This document shows positions 1-10,600 of a DNA stretch of 57,018 nt, piece by piece. The stretch comes from a virus, in the IMG/VR virus record IMGVR_UViG_3300035703_000114, one strand, 5' to 3'. The first letter of the stretch is position 1, and every line of letters begins with the position of its first letter. Position numbers and translations under genes: made by a program. The notes under the pieces were generated by a model. That model made no database searches and had not been told where the DNA came from. It saw nothing but the letters and a program-made list of their open reading frames with translations.

Positions 1-47
1 AAAACGCAATTCGAGCGCCGCTGTTAGATCCACCATTGCGATTTTGT
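1..47. repeat. 47-bp terminal sequence identical to 56972..57018 (assembly overlap of a circular or terminally redundant genome)
   Basis: Bases 1-47 (aaaacgcaattcgagcgccgctgttagatccaccattgcgattttgt) recur exactly as the last 47 bases of the window. Confidence 0.95.
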
Positions 48-1060
48 AGGTAAAGATGGTCAACAGCACTGGCGCTATCGCTGCGAAGGTGGAGAAGATT
101 GGTAACCGAAGTAGTGCCAATCCCTACGAAGCCTTCGTTTGAAACGGTAAATGCATCTGTATTCCAGTTGTTATCTGACTTTCTCGTGGAAATCCGTAAA
201 TCTCCGCCGTAGCCCGACCCACCACCTGCTCCAACAGCACGCATTCTTACGCGTGAATTAGATCCAACAACGGCTGTTGAGTACAGGTAGATATAGTTTT
301 CGTTCCCAGTTACAGAAAGATCACCTTGGCAATCAAGAATTGACGCTGGGCTACTAGTCCCCAGACCTACTTTTCCGTCGTCAGTGATGCGAGCTTTTTC
401 GCTAGTACTGCCATTCGTAAAAAAACGAATAGCTTGGCCGGTTTCAGCAAACACGCCAGCATCAGCGCTTGTGTCACCAAGAAGAGCTCCGGTTAGGCCA
501 AAGATGGCTTTTTGTGTGCCATTTTGATAACAGCCAAAATATCCGCCTCCAGTGGAAGATGTGTTATCAGCGACGATTCCAGCATAACTACCTGACGACT
601 TGTAACGAATCCCTAGTGTCGCACTACCAAATACATCTAAAAGGTTAGACGGCGTACCCGCAACACCAATTTTTCCGTCACTTGTAACAAACAACCGCCC
701 AGTGCCATTAGTCGAGATGGCTACGTTGTTTGCCGAAGGTAGATAGACGCCGTTGGCAGGGACGCTGCTACTGGTTGGGATGAACGATGCAGCCGTGCTC
801 GTGCCAGTTGTGACGACGTTCTGACTGCCAAAGTTAGGGCTGATCTTGGTGCCAGCAATCGCGGCGCTGCTGTCCACCATCGCATTGGTCACTAAGGACC
901 AATTGGTGTCGTAGTTGGTGCTGCTCGCCTTCCGGAGCACTTGGTTGGCGGTGCCACCAGCGGCAATTTCGCTGCCCGTGGCGCCTTGGACGCCTGGAAC
1001 TGCCAGCACAATCTGCGTGTCTTGCTGGTCGATGACCGCAATCTGCACTTCGGAAGACAT
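1..1060 (-). CDS. Tail fibre protein, N-terminal part (gene crosses the contig junction; remainder at 56622..57018)
   Basis: Manual translation from ATG at 1060 (MSSEVQIAVIDQQDTQIVLAVPGVQGATG...) stays open to base 1. Joining through the 47-bp overlap gives 1060+350=1410 nt (469 aa) in frame. Fibre-type repeats EKARITDDGKVGLGTSSP and EKARIDSSGRLLVGTSSD are present. Confidence 0.8.
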   Translation of the reverse strand, partial: MSSEVQIAVIDQQDTQIVLAVPGVQGATGSEIAAGGTANQVLRKASSTNYDTNWSLVTNAMVDSSAAIAGTKISPNFGSQNVVTTGTSTAASFIPTSSSVPANGVYLPSANNVAISTNGTGRLFVTSDGKIGVAGTPSNLLDVFGSATLGIRYKSSGSYAGIVADNTSSTGGGYFGCYQNGTQKAIFGLTGALLGDTSADAGVFAETGQAIRFFTNGSTSEKARITDDGKVGLGTSSPASILDCQGDLSVTGNENYIYLYSTAVVGSNSRVRMRAVGAGGGSGYGGDLRISTRKSDNNWNTDAFTVSNEGFVGIGTTSVTNLLHLRSDSASAVDHLYLQNRNGGSNSGARIAF

Positions 1061-1063
1061 GGA

Positions 1064-1657
1064 TCAGTTCCGCGAATAAGTACGTTGCACGGTGGCAACA
1101 CCCGTAAGCCAATAGTAACGCTCACCGCCAGCAGTAGTCAGGCTGACGTCGTAGCCGTAACGTCCAGCCTCGATAGCGATTGTTTGCTCGGGAGTTAATA
1201 AAAGCTGGAACTCGCCGAAGACCGCACTTGTAATAGTGCTTGTAAATTGCACCGGAGGGCTTAGTGCTTCGTTGGTAATCAGTGTGCGAATATCAGAATC
1301 AATTCCATAGCTCGTCAAGTTAATAGGTTCAGCAACATAGAAGGTTCCAGTGGCTGTGCCAGACACGCTGATGGAGCCGGAGCCCCCGCCCTCACTGGCA
1401 GAAATCTGAAACGTACTTGTGGTCGCGTTAATCACGTAATACACCGTGTTCAGCGTCAACCCACAGGGGATGGTGGTGCCACCCGTAAGCACCACCTTGT
1501 CGTTTGCGACTAACCCGTGGCAGTCGCAGTTGAAAGTCGGCGTGCCGCCAGCAATGCTGATGCTGGTTACGGTCTGCCGGTTTTGCGTGGCGCGAAACGT
1601 GCCCTTCCAGGTGGAGTTCTGGAGGATCGTGATGTCGTAGCTAGCGGGGGTGATCAT
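1064..1657 (-). CDS. Hypothetical tail/fibre-associated protein (197 aa)
   Basis: ORF packed with gaps of a few nt between the chaperone-like gene and the fibre gene. Thr/Ser/Gly-rich beta-type composition. No family recognised. Confidence 0.7.
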   Translation of the reverse strand: MITPASYDITILQNSTWKGTFRATQNRQTVTSISIAGGTPTFNCDCHGLVANDKVVLTGGTTIPCGLTLNTVYYVINATTSTFQISASEGGGSGSISVSGTATGTFYVAEPINLTSYGIDSDIRTLITNEALSPPVQFTSTITSAVFGEFQLLLTPEQTIAIEAGRYGYDVSLTTAGGERYYWLTGVATVQRTYSRN

Positions 1658-1661
1658 CGGA

Positions 1662-2123
1662 TCAGGGCTGTGTGGGCCAGGTCACGTTCCACGGAAAGCC
1701 ACCTTGAGACGGCACATCACGCAGAGCTTGGCGGTACTTCTTCCAGTCTGACTGTTGTTGCGCGTCAAGTTTGACATCCGCAAGTTGCGTCCAGTCACAA
1801 GCAGCGAGGCGTTGGTCGCGGTCCTGTCGTACTCGCCAAGATTGATTGCTAACAAGTTGCTGCTGGTGCTCTAGCGATAGAGGCTGTACATCCCAGCTCT
1901 TTATCCAGACGCCATCGACAAATTCCACCGAACGCTCTGTTACGTGCTCGGTTCGGTAGTCGCAAATAGGGACGGGCTCCTCTTTGATTTTGATTACACC
2001 GTAGCTTTTGAGATCGGCTTTTTCTAAATCAGCAGGGAAACTTACATGCGGATATTTCTTGCACAAATCATCCCGCGATACTGGATATTGCACGGTATTG
2101 TCCGCGCCTAAAAAACCCAGCAT
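1662..2123 (-). CDS. Putative tail-fibre assembly chaperone
   Basis: C-terminal motif DWTQLADV...DWKKYRQALRDVPSQGGFPWNVTWPTQP matches the signature I recall for phage tail assembly chaperones (PF16778-like, from memory). Lies directly downstream of the fibre and propeller genes. Confidence 0.6.
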   Translation of the reverse strand: MLGFLGADNTVQYPVSRDDLCKKYPHVSFPADLEKADLKSYGVIKIKEEPVPICDYRTEHVTERSVEFVDGVWIKSWDVQPLSLEHQQQLVSNQSWRVRQDRDQRLAACDWTQLADVKLDAQQQSDWKKYRQALRDVPSQGGFPWNVTWPTQP

Positions 2124-2126
2124 GAC

Positions 2127-3374
2127 TTACAAGGGGGTTAGTGATGCAGTCATTGTAACCGCGTCGAGCACTGTGGACACATCACTGGCAGTAACGGAAG
2201 TAGTGGTTGCAGCCAAAGACGGTGTGCCTGTGTCCAAAGTTGCCGCAGCAGAGCTGAAGGTACTCGCATCGTAAGTCAACGAGCCGTATGTACCTGTCAG
2301 TGTGCCATCCGCAGGCAATGATGTGATCAAAACATCTTCGTTTGTTGTTGAGGCCGTAGCAGCGACAGTTGCGGCAGCGTAGTACAAAATACTATTGTTA
2401 GTAGTTACTTGAGCGGAAGAGGAGTAACAACCTGTTTTTTCTAGACGCCTTTGCCATACAAAGCCGCCGCTGCTATTGAATTTGACATAGACAAGATTGT
2501 CGGGTATATCTACTTCAGTAAAAGAAACAAAAACATTGTTTTCGTAGGCTTTAACACTTGAAGGGTTTAAGTTGCCTCCGGTTATATTTTGAGCCCAAAG
2601 CAATGTACCAGATGCCGAGTACGCCAAAACGTTAGTGCCCACTGAATTTTTACCCGTTACATACACCCTGCGCTCTGCGTCAACAGACACGGAAACATAA
2701 GAGTTATTAAAAGTGCCGAATGAATCAGAGAATCTTTGCCACTGAACAGTACCGGCTGAATTAAATTTAACTGCCAGTGAGGCTGTGCCAAGTGGGTCGC
2801 GTGTGTAGCTGCCCGCCACAATTATTGAATCTTCACTGTCAATGGTTACTGAGTTAAAAACGGCAGAAAGCTTTCTTTGCCATACAATGGCGCCTGCGCT
2901 GCTTAACTTTATGACATAGCCAGAGGCGCTACACACAATCGCATTACCTGCGCTGTCAACAGCAATTCCCTTTAATAAACCTATTCCACCGCTAATGAAT
3001 AATTCTTTTTGCCAATTAAACGTACCAGAGCTTGAAACTTTATATACTCGGCGCTCGGACAAGCCCAGCCCATTAGATATACCAAAAACATTACCTGCGC
3101 TATCACAAGCAAGCCCTGGCGCATTAACCAAGCCCTGCAATCTTCGGATCCATAAAAGTGAGCCGTATTTGTTTATACGTGCAATAAACATTCTGCGCTC
3201 TATAGCGGCATCAACTACATAATCGGTGTACCCGCCCACAAACAAATTACCGGACTGATCCGACGTTATAGCCTCTGCAAAATCATCATTAGTAGTGCTT
3301 AGGTTAAGCAACCAGCGTTCCCCAAAGGCGCCCGAAGGTCGGTATGCAGCAGCCAGAAGAATTTTGCTAATCAT
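2127..3374 (-). CDS. Beta-propeller repeat protein, probably a tail-associated or receptor-binding accessory protein
   Basis: 415 aa with recurring blade-like units (SSSGTFNWQKEL, SSAGAIVWQRKL, NSAGTVQWQRF, ASGTLLWAQN, SSGGFVWQRRL, each preceded by a G-x-V-x-V-x-G strand). ATGA overlap with the upstream fibre gene. Confidence 0.7.
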   Translation of the reverse strand: MISKILLAAAYRPSGAFGERWLLNLSTTNDDFAEAITSDQSGNLFVGGYTDYVVDAAIERRMFIARINKYGSLLWIRRLQGLVNAPGLACDSAGNVFGISNGLGLSERRVYKVSSSGTFNWQKELFISGGIGLLKGIAVDSAGNAIVCSASGYVIKLSSAGAIVWQRKLSAVFNSVTIDSEDSIIVAGSYTRDPLGTASLAVKFNSAGTVQWQRFSDSFGTFNNSYVSVSVDAERRVYVTGKNSVGTNVLAYSASGTLLWAQNITGGNLNPSSVKAYENNVFVSFTEVDIPDNLVYVKFNSSGGFVWQRRLEKTGCYSSSAQVTTNNSILYYAAATVAATASTTNEDVLITSLPADGTLTGTYGSLTYDASTFSSAAATLDTGTPSLAATTTSVTASDVSTVLDAVTMTASLTPL

Positions 3375-5914
3375 GATGCCACGTAGGAGCCGATGTAGGC
3401 ACCATACAATGTTGTGTCAATTTTCCAGAAGGCGATTGTATCTTTTGCCGTCAAAATAGGCGCGATATTCCCGTTGGTTGAGACCCAAGTAATTGTTGGC
3501 CAAGTAACGACATAGGTTGATCCGTTCTCCAAACGCAGAAGCAAAGATTGACCAGATTCAAGACTATCAGTAAAAGTTGCGTTACTACCTAAAGACTTGT
3601 ATTGGATTGTGCCATTAGCTGGGTCAAAGGCAAATCCACTCGACATGTTGTATACGGTTTCTTTAATTTCTTTAAGCGTTGTTTCACCGGTAACACCGAG
3701 TGTGCCAGGGATGCTGATGTTGCTGGCCCACTCGACGTCAGTGCCGGCAGCATTGGTTTGAAGCAGTTGGCGTGCAGTGCCGTTAGCCAGTTTGCTGACT
3801 GCGATCTCGGCGGATGCGTTGATGTCGGCATTAACGATTACGCCGCTGCCGATTGCCGTTACACCGGCATTGCTGATCGTAATGTCACCGGACATAGCGA
3901 CGGATGTCGCCACGTTGCTGCCGTTGCCAACCAGTATGTTGCCGCTGGTCAGCGATGCGAGCTTGCTAAATGCAATGCCTGCGCTGGCATTTACGTCGGC
4001 ATCAACAATGACGCCGCTACCGATAGCGGTGACGCCTGCATTACTGATAGTGACATCACCCGACATTGCAACCGAAGTCGCAACGTTCGAGCCGTTGCCA
4101 ACAAGGATGTTGCCACTGGTCAAGGCAGCGAGTTTGCTGTAGGCAATCGCAGCACTGGCGTTTATATCTGCATTGACGATGCTGGCGTGGCCACTTACAA
4201 GTACGTTGCCGCTTTGATTAGGCAGGATGATCAAATTGTCCGTCGTTGGATTAGCAACGGTCAAAGTTGTTTCGTAGTCGTCTGCAGTTGCTCCTTCAAA
4301 AACTAAATTTGCATTATTTAGCGTGATGTTTCCAGTGAAAATTGCTCCGGTTCCGCCTGATAGTGCTGCTTTGTTTAGCTGCAGTTCCGCTAATGCGGCT
4401 TGCACATTTGTAGCAGTTAATCCGCTAATGCTTGCAACACTGACAGAAGATGCACCTGCTGTGGCACTTGCCCCAATGTATTGCCACGCACTTCCCGTAG
4501 ATATAATCAAATCGCCCGCAACCATTGCCACGTTTGGAGCGTTACCACCGCTAGGTGTGCCGCCAACCGAGACAATTAAATAATATCTTGTGTTACTTGC
4601 GCTAGCCGCAGGCAGAGCGGCACTTGCGGTCAATCCAACAGCGGTACCAGCAGCAGTTACAGCATCTACTACCCCAGCACCCGAGGATGCGTTAAAAGTT
4701 CCAGCAAAAACAATTTCGCCACTAACGGCTGTAATTGGAATCCAACCTGTACCTGAATAGCAGTACAGATCTTCGTTGGTAACGTCGTAAAAGAATTGTC
4801 CGGAGTAGTCTGCGGCAGGGAAGTCAACTACGTTTGTAGTAGAAGCTGCTCCTCCAAATTTTGTAGTTGAGAAGTTTGCAAATTTGCTGCCTTCAATGCC
4901 ATTAGCAGGCAATCGCGCAGAGCTAAGAGTGCCGCTGGTAACTTGGCTGGCGCTGAATTCGATGTCAGTCAGATCTGCACTGACTAGGTTGCCGCCAGCG
5001 GTGATGTGTCCCTGGGCATCAACGGTGACTTTTTCGTAGGTGCCGGGCGTGACGGTGTTGGTGTGGCTGATGGTGCCAGCAGCATTGACGCCAAGACCAG
5101 CGCCAGGGGCGACAACACCGACCGTTCCAGATGTGGCGACGGGTACATCCGCGCCAATCAGAGCGCGACCATCGGTGATTAAGCCTTTGGCGTTGTAGCG
5201 AACAACGTGGTACGCACTCGTGTTTTGAGTGACCGTGTTATCAATGACGATCTGATTCCCGCTCATGGCGAGACCGTTGCCGTTCACCAGAACAGCGCCC
5301 TTATCGGTGGTGGTAGCAGTCGGCAAATCTGCCGGAGCAATCACGCGGTAGGTGACAGAGCCAGCGCCGGACGTCGGACCAGCCAAGAACTGACTGGCAG
5401 CACCAGTGTTGTCGAGCGTGGTGTTGAGGGTGACGCTATCCCCGGTTTGAGTGACCGTGACATTTACGACGCCTTCGCTGCCACCGACTACGGTGTTGAC
5501 CGAGCCGCCGGCTTTGATTGCTTGCCAAGCGGAGCCGTTCCAGCAGTAGAGCTTGAGATCGTCGGTATCAAGAGCGAACTGACCTGTGAAGTCACCAGTT
5601 GCTGGAAGCGTGCTGACAAGACGCGTTACCGAATTGTTTGCAAGCTTGGCTGCGTTTACAGCGTCGTTGGCGAGCTGGGAAGTATTAACCGTCTCGCCTT
5701 CGATGGCGCTGCCTGGGACTGAGCCAGCAGCGAACAGGATTTTCGCGCTCGGGATTGTGTCGTCGGCAATCAGCGTGACAGCCTTGCCGATGCCATCCGA
5801 GATCGTGATGCTGCGTGTCTCGCTGGCACTGGTATCAGCGACGGCCAGCAGGTCGTTGGCGGCAAGGTTTGCGCCAGCTAGCTGGGGTAGTTCGCTGATC
5901 TTCAGGTCAGACAC
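3371..5914 (-). CDS. Long tail fibre protein (847 aa)
   Basis: N-terminal MSDLKISELPQL...DLLAV motif typical of fibres. Gly/Ser/Thr/Ala/Val-rich. Internal 57-aa tandem repeats. Lies in the tail-tip module. Confidence 0.85.
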   Translation of the reverse strand: MSDLKISELPQLAGANLAANDLLAVADTSASETRSITISDGIGKAVTLIADDTIPSAKILFAAGSVPGSAIEGETVNTSQLANDAVNAAKLANNSVTRLVSTLPATGDFTGQFALDTDDLKLYCWNGSAWQAIKAGGSVNTVVGGSEGVVNVTVTQTGDSVTLNTTLDNTGAASQFLAGPTSGAGSVTYRVIAPADLPTATTTDKGAVLVNGNGLAMSGNQIVIDNTVTQNTSAYHVVRYNAKGLITDGRALIGADVPVATSGTVGVVAPGAGLGVNAAGTISHTNTVTPGTYEKVTVDAQGHITAGGNLVSADLTDIEFSASQVTSGTLSSARLPANGIEGSKFANFSTTKFGGAASTTNVVDFPAADYSGQFFYDVTNEDLYCYSGTGWIPITAVSGEIVFAGTFNASSGAGVVDAVTAAGTAVGLTASAALPAASASNTRYYLIVSVGGTPSGGNAPNVAMVAGDLIISTGSAWQYIGASATAGASSVSVASISGLTATNVQAALAELQLNKAALSGGTGAIFTGNITLNNANLVFEGATADDYETTLTVANPTTDNLIILPNQSGNVLVSGHASIVNADINASAAIAYSKLAALTSGNILVGNGSNVATSVAMSGDVTISNAGVTAIGSGVIVDADVNASAGIAFSKLASLTSGNILVGNGSNVATSVAMSGDITISNAGVTAIGSGVIVNADINASAEIAVSKLANGTARQLLQTNAAGTDVEWASNISIPGTLGVTGETTLKEIKETVYNMSSGFAFDPANGTIQYKSLGSNATFTDSLESGQSLLLRLENGSTYVVTWPTITWVSTNGNIAPILTAKDTIAFWKIDTTLYGAYIGSYVAS
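3788..4180 (-). repeat. Tandem 171-bp (57-aa) coding repeat, about 2.3 copies, inside the fibre gene
   Basis: Residues 579-635 (IVNADINASAAIAYSKLAALTSGNILVGNGSNVATSVAMSGDVTISNAGVTAIGSGV) are nearly identical to residues 636-692. A partial third copy covers 693-709. Confidence 0.9.
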
Positions 5915-5943
5915 AGCTAGCCTCTCGTTCCGGTGTACTCAGT

Positions 5944-6840
5944 TTAGACATCGCTGTCTTCCAAGAGCAGATAGCCTCCGCCCTGTTCAAGCACAATAGG
6001 ATCACCTGTCTCTTGTAGCAACTTGCGGCGTGGCGTTGTGTTGGCACGCAAGCGGATCGGTCCTGTAGCTACAAAGTCAATCGTCGAAACCACAATGTCG
6101 CCAGGGGCAAAACTTGTGGCGCTGCCCGTCACAATCGCATCAAATTCCCACCACACTTGATCGTTGACCTGCGAGCCAGCAAAAGATCCGGCATTTGCAG
6201 TGGCACCCAAGGTTTTGATGAAAAACTTTGCGTGGAAGGCAGAGCCGATTTCCGTGCGCAGTACCAGTTGCATCAGGTAATGCACAGGCTCCTGATTGAT
6301 CTCGTTGACGTAATCCCACTGCGCAGTAAGCCGACCACTACCGCTGATCAGGCTGCTGTATTGCTGGCGGTGCTCGTCCGAAAGTGCTGTAATGTCAACC
6401 GTTTCGCGTGTTGTATTCAGTTCGTAGTCGCTGATTGATGCGAGCAGCCTGCCTGCGAGATCTTCTACTTCAACTTTGATGGGAATGTCGCGGTTGATAT
6501 CGGCAAGTTCAACAAGTCCGGCGGTACTTCCTTCCAGGCTGTCGTTGAAGTTGTCGTACAGACGGATGCCGCCAAGCTCGTCGACAAAGACGTACCACTT
6601 GCCGCTTTCGTGGACAGTCCCATCGCTCCAGCCGCTGGGCGCCACAAAGTCGAGATCGGTGCCGTCTGTTGTGCTGATGGCAACGAGGTCGCCGCTAATC
6701 AAAAAGCCTTCGTTGAAATCAAAACTGAAACGGTGACGTGTGCCGTTTACGTCAGATGGATTGACAACAGATTCTTTGAAGCCTTCGAGCGATTTGCGTG
6801 TCAGCTCGATGTTGCCGATATTTCCGAGGTAAATTCCCAT
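5944..6840 (-). CDS. Tail-tip/baseplate-associated protein (298 aa)
   Basis: ORF abuts the upstream tube-like gene (1-nt start/stop overlap). C-terminal half has tube/distal-tail-like beta composition. Ends with LLQETGDPIVLEQGGGYLLLEDSDV. Confidence 0.7.
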   Translation of the reverse strand: MGIYLGNIGNIELTRKSLEGFKESVVNPSDVNGTRHRFSFDFNEGFLISGDLVAISTTDGTDLDFVAPSGWSDGTVHESGKWYVFVDELGGIRLYDNFNDSLEGSTAGLVELADINRDIPIKVEVEDLAGRLLASISDYELNTTRETVDITALSDEHRQQYSSLISGSGRLTAQWDYVNEINQEPVHYLMQLVLRTEIGSAFHAKFFIKTLGATANAGSFAGSQVNDQVWWEFDAIVTGSATSFAPGDIVVSTIDFVATGPIRLRANTTPRRKLLQETGDPIVLEQGGGYLLLEDSDV

Positions 6841-7265
6841 TACAACGTCACCTCACTCAGTGCTCCAGTTGTTTGGAAGCTGATTTGTGCTGACGTAATT
6901 TCACCGACGCTGGCGCCAAACGAAACGCTGGTGATATAGGCAGTAAAAGAAACGTCGTGATTTGTATTGCCCTGAATAAGGCGCAGACGAATTACTACGG
7001 TGTCGCCGTCACTTACACCGTCAACCTTCAAGACCTTGCGCAGTGCGTCGGCTGCGTCGTTGCGCTCGGCGTCATCGCTGTAGTACAGAAGCGTGGCGCT
7101 ACCGTTGAATTCTTGAACGCCGGGAGCGTATGTGCGCTGCGCGTTGCCAAGGCTGGTGGTCTCCAGCATCTCCACGCTGCCAGTCAGGGTCCAGTTTGTG
7201 ACCTTGAGTTGGGTGGCACCGTCAATCAGCAGGGCGCCGTCTTTGCCAGTAAATACTTTGGCCAT
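6840..7265 (-). CDS. Tail-tube-fold protein (141 aa), second tube-like gene
   Basis: Size and sequence pattern (MAKVFTGKDGALLIDGATQLKVTNWTLTG...SFQTTGALSEV) resemble small siphovirus tail tube proteins. 1-nt overlaps with both neighbours. Confidence 0.6.
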   Translation of the reverse strand: MAKVFTGKDGALLIDGATQLKVTNWTLTGSVEMLETTSLGNAQRTYAPGVQEFNGSATLLYYSDDAERNDAADALRKVLKVDGVSDGDTVVIRLRLIQGNTNHDVSFTAYITSVSFGASVGEITSAQISFQTTGALSEVTL

Positions 7266-7630
7266 TAGATGACAGCCACCAGATTTACTGTAACGCTACT
7301 GCGACCGGGGCGAACAGATCGCAGTTGTGGTTCGGCTTCATAGCGCCACTTGCTGCCCGCTGGTGCTTGCATCGCAACCGATGTTCCAGTCAGCACAGCA
7401 GCAGGTAGATCAAATGTACGGAGCGTGCCGTATTGCGCGTCGTAGTCGGTCAAAAATAACTGAGCATTACTATCGGAAATGTTGTCGTAACTCAGCGACA
7501 GTTTTGCATTACTGCGCTGGTTGCCGTACAAAATACGAATTTCGGATCCTGACTGCGAATTGAAACGCTTAACAGGCCAGTCGCCTGGGCTGAACTCGCG
7601 GCTTGTTGGAACCAGTGCTGGAAACGTCAT
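7265..7630 (-). CDS. Tail-tip protein (121 aa), function unknown
   Basis: ORF coupled by 1-nt overlaps to the J-like gene and the tube-like gene. Confidence 0.65.
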   Translation of the reverse strand: MTFPALVPTSREFSPGDWPVKRFNSQSGSEIRILYGNQRSNAKLSLSYDNISDSNAQLFLTDYDAQYGTLRTFDLPAAVLTGTSVAMQAPAGSKWRYEAEPQLRSVRPGRSSVTVNLVAVI

Positions 7631-10600
7631 TACTCCTGCACCTCAAACGTGCCGGTCAAAATGTCTGCTGCAACAAGGCTAGCGCCGTTCTCGTCCACAG
7701 GAACGTGGATGGCTGAGATGCTGATCAGGCCGTCTTCTTCAATGGTTAGCTGCTCCACTTGGTAGATCGCTTGGTTGTTTTGCTGGGTCAGCAGCGTAAA
7801 CAGGCAGCCATGCACATTGTCGTCAAGGACAACGCCTGAAGATATCGTGATGCTCTGCTCGGTAATTTGTCCGGATGCAGGATCGTAAATAAGCGCGGTG
7901 TAGTCACCATCCCCGATGGGACTGATTGAGACGAGTGTGCCAGCGTCGGTAATAGCGCCGTTGTTTTGCGCTGAGTATGTGGTGCTAGTCGTCAGTACGC
8001 GGATGTACGAGCCGGGCTCGATGCTCAAGCCATCTGGCACAGTTTTGAAGGCGACGCTATGGGTGATGCGGCGACGTGTTGCCAGCAGGAATTTTGCCGT
8101 AAGTAAAGCCTGAGCGCGGTTTGTGCAGAAATCGCTGAGGTCGATGTTTTGCTGGTTCGAGGTGTCACCGCTTGCGTCTGTCCATGAAACAACGGCAGAG
8201 CGCGGTGTAGGTAGCTCGTTTTTTAGTGTTTCGCGCCACTGCACCTGCACTGTGGTGTCGATCCGCTGTGCTGCATCTAGGTAGCTGAGCTGCAGGCTGC
8301 CTTCGATAATGTTGCCTGCAGTGAAAATTTGTTCCACCGAGATCGGTAGTGCTGCGATTTTGCCGTTGCTGTCGTAGGGGAGTGCCGGCATCATGCCGAA
8401 CCGCCCATTCTTGATGGTGAAATTACAGAGCTGCAACGAAGCTGCGTCGTACAAGAACGAGCGCAAGTTTTCCGATTCTTCGATAACGCCGTCAAAGAAA
8501 ATCTTGTTGGCGTTCAGGAAGCGGGCGGTAGTCGTAAGGCTTGCGGTGTCAATCAGCTCGGCGGGGATGGTGCTACCCAAGCCCTGCTCGGAGTTTTGAA
8601 GGAGATACAGCACCAGGTCAGCGAAGTTATTGCTGGCTCCGATTGTGTTGTCGAGCAGGCGCGAAACGGCAATACCTTCCGGTACCCACAGTCGCATCTG
8701 ATCGACGCTGCTAATCTGTCCGCTGCTCTTCATGCTCAAAGAGACGACAGACATGTTTGTGTATTCAGGCGTCGCGTCGTTGGTGACGTACTCGTTGACG
8801 TAAACGATCTCGTGCTCTGGTCCGCTTTCATTGCTTTTGTTCAGCTCTTCGAAGTAGCTGCAGTCAGCAATGCCAGTACCAATCTCAAACGAGCGTTCTG
8901 CTGTGCTCAAGTCGGCGTCTTTCGGGCGCAGGATCTTTTCTTGGACTTGAGTGACAGCAAAAACAAGTGTCACCAAGGTGTAGCCGTTTGCTTGTGCAAA
9001 GGGGTTTGTGATGCTATTTAAGCCGTTTACCTGTAAGTCAGCTTTTGTACCAATAGGCCAGCTTCCTACGTAATTCAAAACTGTGTACGAGATCTCTTGC
9101 CAAGTCCAGCGGCGGATGCTGTCTTTATCCTTGTCTTTATTTTTTACCGATGTGGCTTTTACCCTGAACTCCAGTGTGTGCTCGGGCTTGCCCGATTTTG
9201 AGACTGTGATTCGCTGGCTTTGAGTTGTGCCTTGATAGCGCTCGTCTGTTGCTGCGCCAAAGATGTGCGTCAGCCATGCGTCTACTACAGCTCGATTGTC
9301 ACCTTGATTGACGCGCGTCTCGCTAACCGCGATAGCTGTGGGACTATAGGTGATTGGCAGAACAGTCGGGACATTATTTGCGTCGCTCTTGTCGGTTAAA
9401 AGTTGAGGGGAGTTGGTTAAGTCGCTGATATTTACAACTATGCCATTGGTCTGCAAACTAAAAAAGCCGTAATCGGTCTCAAACAGGCTCCAGCCCAATA
9501 CGCGCTCTTCGTCAGCCTTAAGACGCCATGCGGATGCATCGGCGTAGTTGTGGTAAATATCAGCGCCTGTTTTCGGGATAAATTTGTACTCGTAGTACTT
9601 AGTATCGCTAGCTTTGATGCGAATGTAATTGTGCAGGTCAACGGGGCTGCGACCCACCACACACAAAAGTTGCGGAATTACATCCCACTCAAGTGTTATC
9701 AAACCAGTGGGTACTGGGCGCACTGCGATCTGAAAGAAGCTGGCGCGGTTGAAATAGCGCGTTTGGCGCGGAGTTGTAACCGTGACGCTCTTTTTGTCAA
9801 AACGGAAGAGCTTGGCCGGGGTGGGGATGGTGCTGAAATTACACAAACCCTCGGCGCGGTTCCAGACTTGGGACCGGATACCCAGCTCGATGACTTGGGC
9901 TTCACGTCTAACTGGGCGGATCGAGGAGGCGTAGTAGCGACACAGCGGCCAATGATTGATGTCGCAGTGGATCGTTTGATCGAATGTGGCGCCCTCATAA
10001 CCAGCCAGCGCTTTGCCGACAGCTCGTTCACCAGCAATACCGATGCGGTCATCGCCGAGGACTTCTACGCACTCCATGTCAACCACGAGGCGGCTGACGA
10101 CGTTATCAATACCTTCATTTTTGGTGACACGCCACACGGTTGCACCAATAATCCACTCGGTGCCGACGCTCAACAAATCCGATGCGTTTTCGCGCCAAGT
10201 TTTAGATGAGTCTTTGAGGTCTTTGACTGTGGTTTCTGTTTTGTAGCCGTTGTAAGTGAAGTCGCTGTTTAGCTCCACCCAGTCTTGGCGGTAAAGCGTG
10301 AACTTAATAACATCACCTTTTTGGGTGTTGACGACTGCTTTGCTGTTGTATTCGGTGGCGAGAGAACTGTTGACTGGGCGGTGATGCGTAAGACCCATTG
10401 TGCGGGAGTAGGCGCGACCCACTCCAGGCTGCCCAGCGAGAGCGTCGGCACTTTCTCTGTCGCTTGGGATTTGATCAGCAAGGCTGCCGGCAATCTTGCG
10501 GCGGCGGGCGCGAATCTCTTTCTTTGTTTCGTCGCCGTTTTCGCCCTCGAAGCTGATGCTTGGAGCGCTGATGATTTCCCAGTTGTAGCGATATGCAGTG

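Noticed and set aside
834-1198. ORFs 834..1112, 892..1125 and 941..1198 at the fibre gene start
   Set aside because: They are alternative-frame or antisense fragments within or straddling the wrap-around fibre ORF and the 197-aa gene, with low-complexity Arg/Cys/His-rich products.
3602-4306. 234-aa plus-strand ORF (and 3777..4142, 5207..5722, 5586..5999) opposite the 847-aa fibre gene
   Set aside because: These are shadow ORFs created by the repetitive, stop-poor fibre sequence. They have no start context, and the fibre frame is far longer and motif-bearing.
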